In this document: one piece after another, positions 1 through 11,696 of the stretch
How the letters are laid out: each line of letters begins with the position of its first letter
Numbering within the stretch: position 1 is the stretch's first letter
Assembly: GCF_009914755.1 (NCBI RefSeq)
Contig: NC_060931.1
DNA: 64,000 nucleotides
Source: the human T2T-CHM13v2.0 reference genome, Homo sapiens
Strand: one strand, 5' to 3'
Notes under the pieces: generated by a model
Told to the model about the DNA's origin: nothing
The model's input: only the letters and a program-made list of their open reading frames with translations
Databases searched by the model: none
Made by a program: the position numbers and the translations under genes

Positions 1-99
1 ACCTCTAGAAAATCCACTCCAAGTTTATGACAGCCAGAAGTGCCTCCAGACTGCCAAATGTCCACTGGCGGACTAAACTGCCCCTAGTCAAGAAGCACT
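1..99. mobile_element. MER20-like DNA transposon end
   Basis: ctccagactgccaaatgtcc...aagcactg resembles the MER20 terminus. Confidence 0.55.
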
Positions 100-1857
100 G
101 ATTTAAGGGAAGCAGTGTCTCTTCTTCCTGCCCTTCCTGCACCCAGTAATTACCTCCCTATCAAGCCCCAAAGCATCTGAAATTCCAACATTCAACACAC
201 TCTTTGCTCATTCCAGAAATACTGTTTTTAATTCAACATCCTCTGAGAAATGACATTGAGCTGTTATCATTGATAGGTTAGTGTGAATGGGATCATTAGA
301 TTTCTCTCTTACTGATTGGCCCATTATTAACTTACCGGTTGTATGAAGCCAAGCTGAGTGAGGCACAAAGATCTGGGGAAGCCTGTTGGTTTCTTCCACT
401 GGTGAAACATCTCTTGAGACCATCTTCTCCCCAACGGCACCCCCGTACCAGTTCTCTCATTCAGGGACTCCACCTCTCACCTATATAATGGCAATTTTTA
501 CCATGTCCCGCTGCACCAGTTTCAGATCCCTCAAACTCATCCTCCACATTTTTCTAGGAATGATCTTTCTCATAGTCTTTAAAGACTTGCCATCACCCAT
601 ACAAAAACATCCAAGCTCTTTAGCAAGACATTCACCCCAGCCTCCGTCCATAATGCATTTTTCTATCCCCTAAGATTTTGTTGTTGCTCTTCCCTTTCCC
701 TTTCTCTTTCCTTCACCACCCATTTGTGTCCTAGAAAACTCCCACTCAACTTCCAGGCTCAATTTAAGCACTCAAGTTCTTGAAAATCCTTCTCTGATTC
801 ACTCAGCAATATTTAAGTGCTCCTTTTTCCATGCTCTCAGATAACAGTGAGTAGATCTTTAGTGCAGCACTTACCTCTTTGAATTATTTTCTCATTAGAA
901 TTTTGTCTCCCACTAAACCATGAGCTCATTCATTGAAAGTAAAAATTGTGGTCTGATTATTTTCCTGGAGAAGTTCATGATGCGGTTTATAGAGCACCAT
1001 GATGTGATAGAGCATCATTGTGTCATTCCTCTGCGTCTCATCCATCCACTCTCAGTCTCGCTTTCAACTCTCAAACCTTGCAGGCCTCCATTTAGTTCTA
1101 ATTCATCCTGCTCTCTCCAACCTCCAACCTCCCCATATGATCTTCTCTCCTATTTGCTATGCTCTTCTTCTTTTCTTACTGTTAACACTGTCTCTGAAAA
1201 CTCTGCTCATTTTCCACCTCTTAGCTAAATGTCGCCCTTTCTAGGAACTTTTCCCTCAACTTCCAGACCAAGAGAGGTCCCTCTGTTTCACTCTTCCAAG
1301 GCATCCTGTGCTTTGTTTTGTACTATTCTGTACTTATTACAATTTGGCTACTGTGACTCTCATACCATTACACTTGGGTTTAACAGATGTGCTATTACTT
1401 TAATTTTCTAAATAAAATTCAATCTGATTTCTGAGCTTCTCACTCACCAGTGTAGGAAAAAAAAATCAAAATCAGTCATGTTTTGGCAGGCCTTCAAGAG
1501 CACAGAATTCTGGAGGCTTCTGTAGTGCCTAGGACTTGCGGTAAGAGTTTCTAGTCTTCAGTCCACTGTGGTCAGAGGTCCCTGCTAAAGTACTGATTAT
1601 TCATTGTATGGTCTATTCAAAGACTGAAGGCTTTGGTGCTTCATGCCAAGCTTTAGGGCTCCATCAGGCTGAGTGTTGTGACTGACACCCAGGGTTCTCC
1701 CTCAAGTTGCACCCTGCAGCCACTTTCCCTTGAGGCCCCAAGACTTCCCAGTGCCATTGTGATTGCAACTTTTGCTTGTAGCCTCCAAGCACCAATCTCA
1801 CCCCTAATATTTGCAGAGTAAAATGGAAGCTTATATACCATATGGCAAAATATTTTC

Positions 1858-2022
1858 TTCTTTTTCTTTTCTTCCCCTCCCTCCCTTCCTTCCTTCCCTT
1901 TTTCTTTCTGGCAGGGTCTGCATCACAGCTCACTGCAGCTTCCACCTCCTGGGTACAAGAGATCCTCCTGTCTCAGCCACTTCAGTAGCTGGGACTACAG
2001 GCATGAGCCACTGCACCCAGCC
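1858..2022 (-). mobile_element. Alu monomer (FLAM/FRAM-like, internally deleted) with pyrimidine tail
   Basis: Alu core gtagctgggactacaggcatgagccac; flanking direct repeat aaatattttc. Confidence 0.75.
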
Positions 2023-2649
2023 CCAAATATTTTCAAAGTTGCAAACCAAGCCAATGAATTGTTAAATAAAATGTGTTCTATTGCTGTATGCTGACAAATA
2101 TACCTACATAATTTCCTAAAAGGCTAAATTCAAATTAAGAATTTTTACATTCCTTGGAGTCCCGTGCTAGAACATGGTGGCCTGGTAAGTATAGATCCCT
2201 ATCCCACACCCCCACTGCATCTCGCCAAAGGGCCTCGCATGCCTGTGTGTGGTTCTTCAGCCTGCAGAACCAGGCTGTGTCCACACCCCTGAAAATGGCT
2301 ATTCTTTGGCCTCCCTTTGGTCCTGGGGTGCTCAACTGGTGGCACAATTGGATGGACCTGAAGGTAGGGCTGTTTGGATTGAGAGTTCTGGGCCCCAGGA
2401 GCCCAAAATGTAGCCTAAAGAAGAAGGCTTAGGTTCCAGGTGGACATATTCCCTTGGCTGCATAGATGCTTTACCCTGGCAAAGCAGGAGTACCCAAAGG
2501 AGGGCCAGGGCAGAGCCCTGTAAAGTATGAGTCCAAAGCAAGGCCTGTCTTGCCTGAGTCTGACTGCAATCCTGAGATCACATCCTACAGCACTGCTGGA
2601 ACCAACAAATCAGTAAGCAACAAGAGGCATCAGAAAGTAAACTTTCTCT

Positions 2650-2988
<339 letters not shown>

Positions 2989-3150
2989 TTAATTGACATT
3001 GATATGTGGAAACAAAGCTAAAGGCCCATGAGTATGTTGCTAAGCCAATAAACAAACTCACTGTTTCCAAAGTTGTATAAAAATTATTAACAGGTCTTAT
3101 TAGAAGAAAGTATTCAAAAACAAAATGTTTGAAAGAAATACATAATTTGA

Positions 3151-3511
<361 letters not shown>

Positions 3512-3591
3512 AGGAGCCTTTAATATAAGAATGTGGCCTGTGAATCCCCAAATAGACAAATAAAGTAAGTTATATTTCGCAGACTTGTATG

Positions 3592-3670
3592 ATGTGTGTG
3601 TATGTGTGTGCATGCATGTGTGTATGTCTGTTTGTGTGTGTGTGTATATACACATGCCTGCACATGTATG
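3592..3670. repeat. Imperfect (TG/TA)n microsatellite
   Basis: Direct inspection. Confidence 0.8.
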
Positions 3671-4619
3671 CATAATATATCTCTTGGCAGTAGAATTCTG
3701 AAAATGCTATCAATCCAAAAAAAAATCACTGTATCAGAGTTCTTGAGTACACAGGATAGAAACTACTTATGGCCAGTTAAAAAAAAAGGAATTAAGTGGA
3801 AGGATATTATGGAGCCTTCAAGTCTCCAGTCTGAAAAGCAAGCAGCTTGGACAGTAGAAACCACAGCAAGAAGAGCCCTGCCCTAGAGCTACAGTTACTG
3901 AGATCAATGAGTTCCCAATCGTCTTCATTTCCAACATCATAGGGAGATGCTCACAAATAGTAAGTGAAAAAAATAAGGAAAAAGAATATGAGCCCAATTC
4001 AACAGAAAGAAAAAGAGAAAGATTTACAGGAACAATCTTAGTAGGAAATACAACAGAATGTTAGCTGTGCTTTTCTCTGGGTAATGAAGTTACAGGGTAT
4101 TTTTATTTTATTTCTGTACATAAATTACATCTGTAATTATAAAAAACAAATATTTTTCAAAATACTTTTGCCAAGTCTAAAAGAAAAATTGTTCTAATGC
4201 CAACATTTTGAGACACAGTCCATTTTCACAATATTCAAATCCTTCCTGATTTCATAAACTTTGATGAGTTGCTCTAGTTAGCAGATGACCTTTTAAGTTT
4301 TATCATACTTTAGGATTTCTGGTCCAATAAACATTTTTAAAGTTCTTTCTTAACTTTCATATGGAAAAATAGGACTTTATAAAATCAGAATTCCTGTAAA
4401 TTATTGGCATTAGTGATATACCAAGTCCCTGCTGTCAATAATTAGTATAGCTGCCACTAGCTGATGCTATTGGTAGAATCGTGTGACAAGGAACTCTCCA
4501 TGGTGCTTGTATACAACTTCAGATGAGACCACTTCACATATAATTTCACTTTTTCCAAACAAAATCAGCTCTTTATTAAAGTAGCAACATAAATATTAAT
4601 AAGTTTATTCTTTATTAAA

Positions 4620-6840
4620 AAGAAAGTAGGATTAACAAATAACAAAAACCTCACAATACTATCCTAAATAATACATCAAAAATAAAATAAAAACAGTAAT
4701 ATAATCCATTATTTTTAAATAGCAACAATTAAGAGACTACATACCAAAACTTTTGAGATGCAGTCAAAGCTGTGCCCAAAGGCAAAGTTATAGTCTTACG
4801 TGTCCTATTATTAAATTAAAAAATGAAAATAAATGAACTAAGCCATCAATTAGTACAAAACATTCATAAAGCAACAAAATAAACATTAAAAATAAGGAAG
4901 GAATTAAAGATGAAAAGTTATATTAATATTATAACAAATAGAAAAAATAGAACTGATGAAATACTCAAGTGCTGGTTCCTTAAAAAGACTGGCAAGTCTA
5001 ATAAAAGAAAGGAAAAAAGTAACTAAAAAGACCAGAAATGAGAAAGAAGCAATAACCAGAGATACAGAGAAAAATATTTTTAATTATAATTATATATAGA
5101 CAACAAATTTTAAAATTCTCTGAAAATGCATGTTTTTCTTTAAAAATATGATTTTTTAAATTGATACTCAAGAAGTGACAGTAAAACCATAGAAAAAGGT
5201 TTTTTAAGTTTTCAGAGAATTGTCTTCTACTCATCCTCCCTTAAAGAGATTGAGGCCTAAACAATGTTATGGGTGAGTTTCTCCAGACCCCAAAGAATAG
5301 GCAATTCATATGCTATGTACCAATCTAGGTTTTTAAGCTGATAAAGGTAGAATTCAAAAATGTAAAACTACAACCCAATCTTATTCATAAATATAAATGC
5401 AATAATCCAAATAAAATGTAAGAAATTGAGTTCAACATTGTTACAAGAAAAAAAGGGAAAAACCACCATTATTTAACAGGATACATCTCATGCAGAAATA
5501 ATCCAGTATTGAGAAACTACTAACATAATTTATTGTGATAATAGGCCAGAGAAGTAAAATCACATGATCATTTCTAGTTGCCTAGAGTATGCTTAATATA
5601 ATTGAACAACTTCTAATAAAATGCTTAGTATATTTGAACCATCAAACCACATCTTTAACATGATAAAGACCTGTATTTCAGTCTAAGAGCTAACATTTAA
5701 AAGCTGGTAAAATTTAATGGCATACCTAACAAATCAGGAATAAGGGCAAAGTTATTACCATCATTTATTTAACACATGAGGTATAAATATTATAAAGGAA
5801 GAGAGAAAAATCACCATTAATTATACTTAAGAATGATTGGCTACTTAGAAGAGAATCAACTAGGGAGTATTAATGAAAGAGTTCAAAAAAGTTATCAAAC
5901 ACAAAAATAAATAGCTTGACCCCAGAAGGAGTAGCCACTAATAAAAAATGATGGAAAAATGATCCCATTCAAATGCAACAAAGAAATGAAATATCTAACA
6001 ATACAATTAATAAAAATATGCAAAACATACAAAATTACTAAAGAACATTTGGAGATTGTCTTCAGTAACCTTAACACATGACAAGTTCCTGAATAAGAAA
6101 TTTAATATTACAAAGTTGGTAATTCTCCCCAAATTAGTCTATATTGTTAAAGCAATTCCAAACAAAATGGCAATAGAATTTCTTTTGGAACGTGACCAAA
6201 ACATAACTGAAGCTTATCTGCGAGAATACATGAAAAAATATAGCCAAAAATATTTAAAAAAGAAGAGTAACATTTACCCCCATTGAAACTTAACACACAG
6301 TAAAGCAAATGATAAAATGGCAATAATTAACAGCATGGTTAAGGAATAGAGGATATAAAAAAATTAAACAAACAACAAATTCAGAAACCGCTCCAAGTGT
6401 GTGTAGGAATTTAGTATTTGATAAATGTGGAATTTTTAAAACAGTAGAAAAGTGAGTTTTCAATAAATGATGATACAACAACTAAATAAATATTTAGACC
6501 CTTAATCACACCTATATCAAAAATAAATTCCATTTGGAGTAAAAATTCAAATCTGAAAAAATGAAATAAAAAATAGACAGATATTTATATAACACTGGGA
6601 AAGAGAAGACCTCTTTAAACATAACACCAAAAGCAGAAATCATGAAAGACTGATTTATCTAAATAAAAAATGCAATATTTCTGTTTATCAAAGACATCAT
6701 GGATTAAATTGATAGATATCTGACAAAGAGCAAAATGTCTGCAGCATGCAGAACAAACAAATGGTTAGTGGTTTCAATATATAAAAAGTTCTTACAAATC
6801 AATGAAAAGTGAACCCTCAACAGAAAAAATATCAAATATG
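4620..6840 (+). mobile_element. Old L1M fragment (decayed ORF2)
   Basis: A-rich; ORF 6056-6286 ILPKLVYIVKAIPNKMAIEF resembles L1 ORF2 [20 protein letters not shown]. Confidence 0.8.
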
Positions 6841-8361
6841 TTCATTCATTCCTTCAACAGATATTTCTTGTGCACCTAATATGTGTCAAATATTGTGCTA
6901 CAGGCGGAGAATACAATGTTGAAGAATCTAGACATCCAAACATGGTCTCTTCCTTTATACATTCTAGTATGGGAAATAGACCCCCCCCCAAAGGTAAATA
7001 AAAAAATAAATAACACTACAAGTTGAGATACAGGATTAGAGTGATGAAGGAAACAAAGGACTGATACAGCAAATGGGAGGACAGAAAGGGAGGGTCTACT
7101 TTCAATAGAGTGCTCTGTGCAGAAATATAACAACTTTCTCAAGATGTTATATTTAATCAGTTATCTAAAGGATACGGTTGTGGTGGGAGAGAGGGTGGCT
7201 GTGAAAAGCAGCTTAAACAGAGACAACAGCATTTCCTAGGCCCCTGAGGTGCAGAAAATATCTTGGCATATTGGAAAAAGCAGTGTGGCTGCATTCGAGT
7301 GGGCAATAAAGAGAGGAGCATAGACGGGGGTGGAAGGATAAGTAAGGGTCAGACTGTGCAAGGCTATGTGAGCCATGGTAAAGGGGTTTAGATTTTATCC
7401 TAAAAGCAACAATTTGCTTAATTCAATTTGTGAGAAAGGTTGTTGCTACCACTCTATCAAAAACGTATTGGAGTGGTTAAGAGTGGTAGCAGAGAGACCA
7501 GGTGGGACTGGTGTCACAATATCCCGGTAGGAAAGAATAGACAACTCCATTAAAAAGTTTAGTTCTAAAGGAGAGCTGAGAGATGGTTCACAGATGGAGA
7601 AGACGTGCACGAGGGAAGGTGTGGTTAAGATGAAAGACACTGGAGCATGTGTGCAGGGAATAATCCATTGAGAGGAGGCAGGATTGATGATGCAAAAGAG
7701 AGAAAGGGGAAAACCTAAGGAAGAAGTCCTTGAAAAGGCAAGGGGGCTGGGATTCGGGGCATGAGAGGAGGAGCTAATCTGTGAAGCTCCCTCTATTATC
7801 ACAAAAAGGAAGGTTACCAAGGTAACTGGGTTGGAGGATCTTGTGGTGACAAGATGAGAAAGTCTGTATGTAGTAAATTCTGTTTTCTCAGGCAAATGTG
7901 AAGTAAACAGGGAGGAAAAGATCAGAACATTTTGAGGAGATGAAAAGGTATGAAGAGTAGTCTCAGATGTGGAGAACTGAGACTACAGTAGGAACAACAG
8001 CACCAACTTGAGGTTTGAGTTAATGGATTGGAAGTAAAAATGAATTGGCTGAACTGTGTACTTTTCTCAAAGAAAATGTTCAGTTGTCCCAGTAAGGCCC
8101 ATGGAAGGCAGATGGTAAGATTTCTCCAGAGTTGAGATTTTGCCAGGAAAATTAAGAAATTGCTGTTCAAGAGTGCTGAAAGCAATGCATTTCAAGGAGA
8201 ATGATCATGATAATGGATCACAGAATCTAGACTAAGCAAGGACGAGAACGCAAGACAGGGGCTGATAAACAGTGGGGAAAAAATGAAGCAACGAATTAGC
8301 TGTCAGTGAGCAAGGAATCTAGGATAGGAAGATGGTGATCAGAGCATGGAATGTCTGATGA
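6841..8361 (-). mobile_element. L2 fragment (continues beyond the LTR at 8810)
   Basis: Begins ttcattcattccttcaacagatattt...tgtgcta, the reverse complement of the L2 3' end; purine-rich body. Confidence 0.7.
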
Positions 8362-8809
8362 TGTGCTAGTTCAGGTCCTCTTAGAAGCAGACACCAAGAC
8401 AGGGTTCAATGTGCAAGAGTTTTATTAAGGGAACTCCTGTGAAGGATAAACAGAAGGAAGCAGGAGCAGGGAAGGGAGACTTCATATCATAATACAGGTC
8501 TGACACCTGTGAAAGGAGAGGGGAACTGGGCCCAAGAGCCTCAGGCTGCATGCAGCATAGTTCTCAGAAAGTTTCAACCAGCCGGCTCAGGTGTTTCCAA
8601 GCCAAACTTGCTCATCAGAGGAGTCCTACATCTTCCATGAACGTGCCACCACCAACACCCCGTGCTGTGCCCGCTCACTGACTGGGAGTAGTGCCAGAGA
8701 AGCATGGCTTCAGTGCAAACCCAGTAGTGTATGCCTTGGGAAGGCAGGGGGACCTGTCAGTCACTTCCGCTCCGTGGAGCAGGAGATCTGAGAGGCCATG
8801 GTCACCACA
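8362..8809 (-). mobile_element. Solo ERVL/MaLR-type LTR (LTR33-like) inserted in L2
   Basis: TG...CA termini; agaagcagacaccaagacagggttcaatgtgcaagagttttatt motif; 5-bp flanks gatga/gacaa. Confidence 0.7.
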
Positions 8810-9727
8810 GACAAGACTGTAGAGAGGATGCGGATTCTAATGATGACATGGTCTAGAACTGTGGTAGCAAGGACTGATTCTGAAGGGGAGAAATAATTAC
8901 TGGAGATGAAGTTACAGGAAGGAGGGGACTGGATGTTGGAGTTCAAGTTCAACCACAGTTGTGCATAACACAACTCCAAGTTGTGTCAAGCACCCCACAG
9001 TCACTGAGGATTTGGACAGTTATTAAAACAATCTTCTGGCAGATGGCAATATTTGGGGTTGTGGCGGGGGGGTGGGGAGGTGGGCGGGGGGAAACTAGTT
9101 TGTCGATGCCAGGATTTGAGGTGAAGGTTCAAGTAGGAGCTAGTCTTTGAAGAACTAATCATGACAAAACTCACTAGGAATAGGAAATCTATAAATTACA
9201 GGCTGAAAGGAAAAGGATGGTATTGTCCAGTGACAAGATTCTCAAAGAAGCCGGGATTTTGGCAGGCAGAGGACGTGCTGCTCTGCGAACAACCACGACT
9301 CGCACGGAGGCCGCCCCCAGCCTGTCCCTAAGGCACGTGGTCCTCTAGAGGGCTTCGCGGGAGAGTTCTGGCTCAAACCAGGGACGGCGAGGGCAAGGGG
9401 TGAAAGGGGTTTGAGGCGAGGCAGAGGACTCAGGGGTCTGCGGACGGCTGGTCGGCCCGTGGAGACGGCCGCGGCGAGGCGCCTGAGGTACGGCGGTGCG
9501 GAGCGAGGGCGAGGTCCCGCCGGCGGCCAGGCGGCGGCGCTCACGGAGCCGCGGGCTTCCCCAGGCCCCGGGCAGCGTGCTGGAGCTCTCGGGCGGCGCC
9601 GCCGCGGAGCTTGGCGCGGCAGCTGGCAGCGGCCTGACGCGTGGTGACGGCGCCCGCGGGCAGGCAGCGGCTCCCGGGGGCGGCCGGGCGCAGGGCGGCG
9701 GCGCTGCGGGACGACGGCTTCGCGAGG
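8400..9727 (-). other. Candidate distal alternative terminal exon of ZNF800
   Basis: Branch-point match TTCTAAC (9789-9783), pyrimidine tract TCTTTGTCTTTCCTCCCT (9775-9758), first downstream AG at 9729-9728; AATAAA at 8426-8421. Confidence 0.5.
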
Positions 9728-9900
9728 CTTCGGCCCGCACGGGTGGCAGCGGTCCCCAGGGAGGAAAGACAAAGATATGCGGGTTAGAAACCAAGGAAAG
9801 AGCGCCGACGCCTCTCAGCCCCGCAAGAGCTGCAGACCCACGGGCAGTGCGGTGCCACTTTCGCCCAACAGGGTGCCAAGAGAGAAAACTGCGGTGGTCA
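9260..9900. promoter_or_regulatory. Orphan CpG island ~22 kb downstream of the ZNF800 3' end
   Basis: Dense CpG/GC block in an AT-rich repeat background; E-box CACGTG 9334-9339; TGACG half-sites near 9635-9649. Confidence 0.85.
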
Positions 9901-9919
9901 TAGGAAAACAGATCCAATT

Positions 9920-10470
9920 TAGGTCTCATGCAACAACTTGGTGGCAATTTAGGAAAATGTATCAAAACCCTTAAATGTCTGAATACTCTTTGACCCAGAA
10001 AGTCTAGCTTGAGAATTTTCCCTTAAGGAATAATTATGAATACCTACAAACTTTTCATACAGGGTGTTCAGTGCAGTATCTATAATAGAAAAAAAAAATG
10101 CCAGAAAAAAATGGCAAAAAAAAAAAAAAATGGGAATGTCCTACACCCAACAATAAGGTATTGGTTATAGTCTTTTTCTTACAGCGAATACTAAACTGCT
10201 ATTGAAATAATGCTGTGAAATAATACGTAATGATATGGAAAAGAATTGATACTATATGCAATGAAAAAAATCAGTTTCATCCCCATTTGTACCATGTGAG
10301 TGTATACTTACGTGTACATGTGTGTACACACGACACATCACATATGTAATAATGGACAGAAACACATCAAAATGTTAAGCAGTTATCTCCAGGTGATAAA
10401 GCTGCAGGTAACGCTTTTTTAACTTATGTTTCCCAAATTTCATACAAGTTTGTTTTACAGTAAAAAATAT
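9920..10470 (+). mobile_element. Old L1ME 3' fragment
   Basis: tttgacccag...tgttcagtgcagtatctataatag and other L1ME 3' motifs. Confidence 0.6.
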
Positions 10471-11696
10471 AATACAAGGAATTTTACTCCATTCTTATGT
10501 ACCCATTCTATATTTATCTCAATTCAAATTTATGAAAATCTTTCTTTTCTATTGTGTAGCAAAGTGGTGGACATCAAAAGATTTTAAAAAATGAAGAGTC
10601 CACAAAAGTAGTTTATCTTCCTCAAAAGTTCTGCGTAAATTACAGTATTACAGAAGAGTTTATTGCTTAAACACTTTGCAGTTAATCAAAGCTACTGTCT
10701 TTTGTGACATTATATCTTATTTAACTCTAGTAATAATTTCCACTTTAGAAAAAAAAAAATCTGGGCTTTTGAGAAATGTAATTTGATTTGTAATTTCCAG
10801 ACTTGGGAACACACAGTTTGCTAAAAACAGAAAAATGTGGGACAAATGTTTTAGATCATACCAATGTTTTAGAGTAATTCAATGAATCTCTCTTTAGTTT
10901 GAAATAATTGAATGGGATCAAAACTAAAATATGGCAATGAACTAGAATCTAAGCTTAACATCCTGGTCTCCCAATCATAAATTAATTTAAAATTTTAAGT
11001 TAATACCTAGGGAGTCTGTTTTGCTAAGCCTTGTTCCAGGAACATGCATAAAAGTGATAATAAAATTATAATAATATAACACAGGAGAGGGGTTCCAGGA
11101 CTTTGTTATTAGATTGATAGAAGATCCTCTGTAAGTTTCAGATATATTTTAAGCTGAAGTGAGCTCAGAGTTGTCAGGCTGATTTTATCTAATGATGAGC
11201 AAATCCAAGATTAGATGTTTATTGGAATGTTGCTTTGTTGCTTAAACAGATGACATAAGTAATCACACCATCCTGTAAGTTTCCTTCACCCTGAAGGTAC
11301 TGGATACAATTATTGTGTCTGGAAGCATACTTTTGGTAAAAATTATCAGAAATAAATAAAATGTCCAAAGAGAATAAATCCTCTTAAGGCCAAAAGTTTG
11401 TGTTAACCACCTGCTCCTGAATAAAATGAAGGTTATAGGAGCTTTTAATAAAACATTTTCTCTCAAAAACCTTAGTATTCCCCAAATGATGTAACCAAAC
11501 AATGTTAAATACAAATAAGACAGAAGAGCATTTATTATTGGTGCTACAGTCCAGCTTTCACTATTCATACAGTGATTTCAATTTAACTCAACATTTTTGG
11601 AGTCCCTATTATGTCTCCTGCACTGTGCTCAGACAGTATGAACAAAAAAGATAACACAAGGTTCCTACCTTTGAGAAGCTCTAGCTAGAAAATTAC

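Noticed and set aside
4451-4470. CTCF-like motif gctgccactagctgatgcta
   Set aside because: Several mismatches in the G-rich core; not supportable without ChIP data.
9242-9974. Long ORFs (176, 206, 135 aa) as stand-alone genes
   Set aside because: GC-driven open frames with non-ATG starts; relevant only if entered by splicing.
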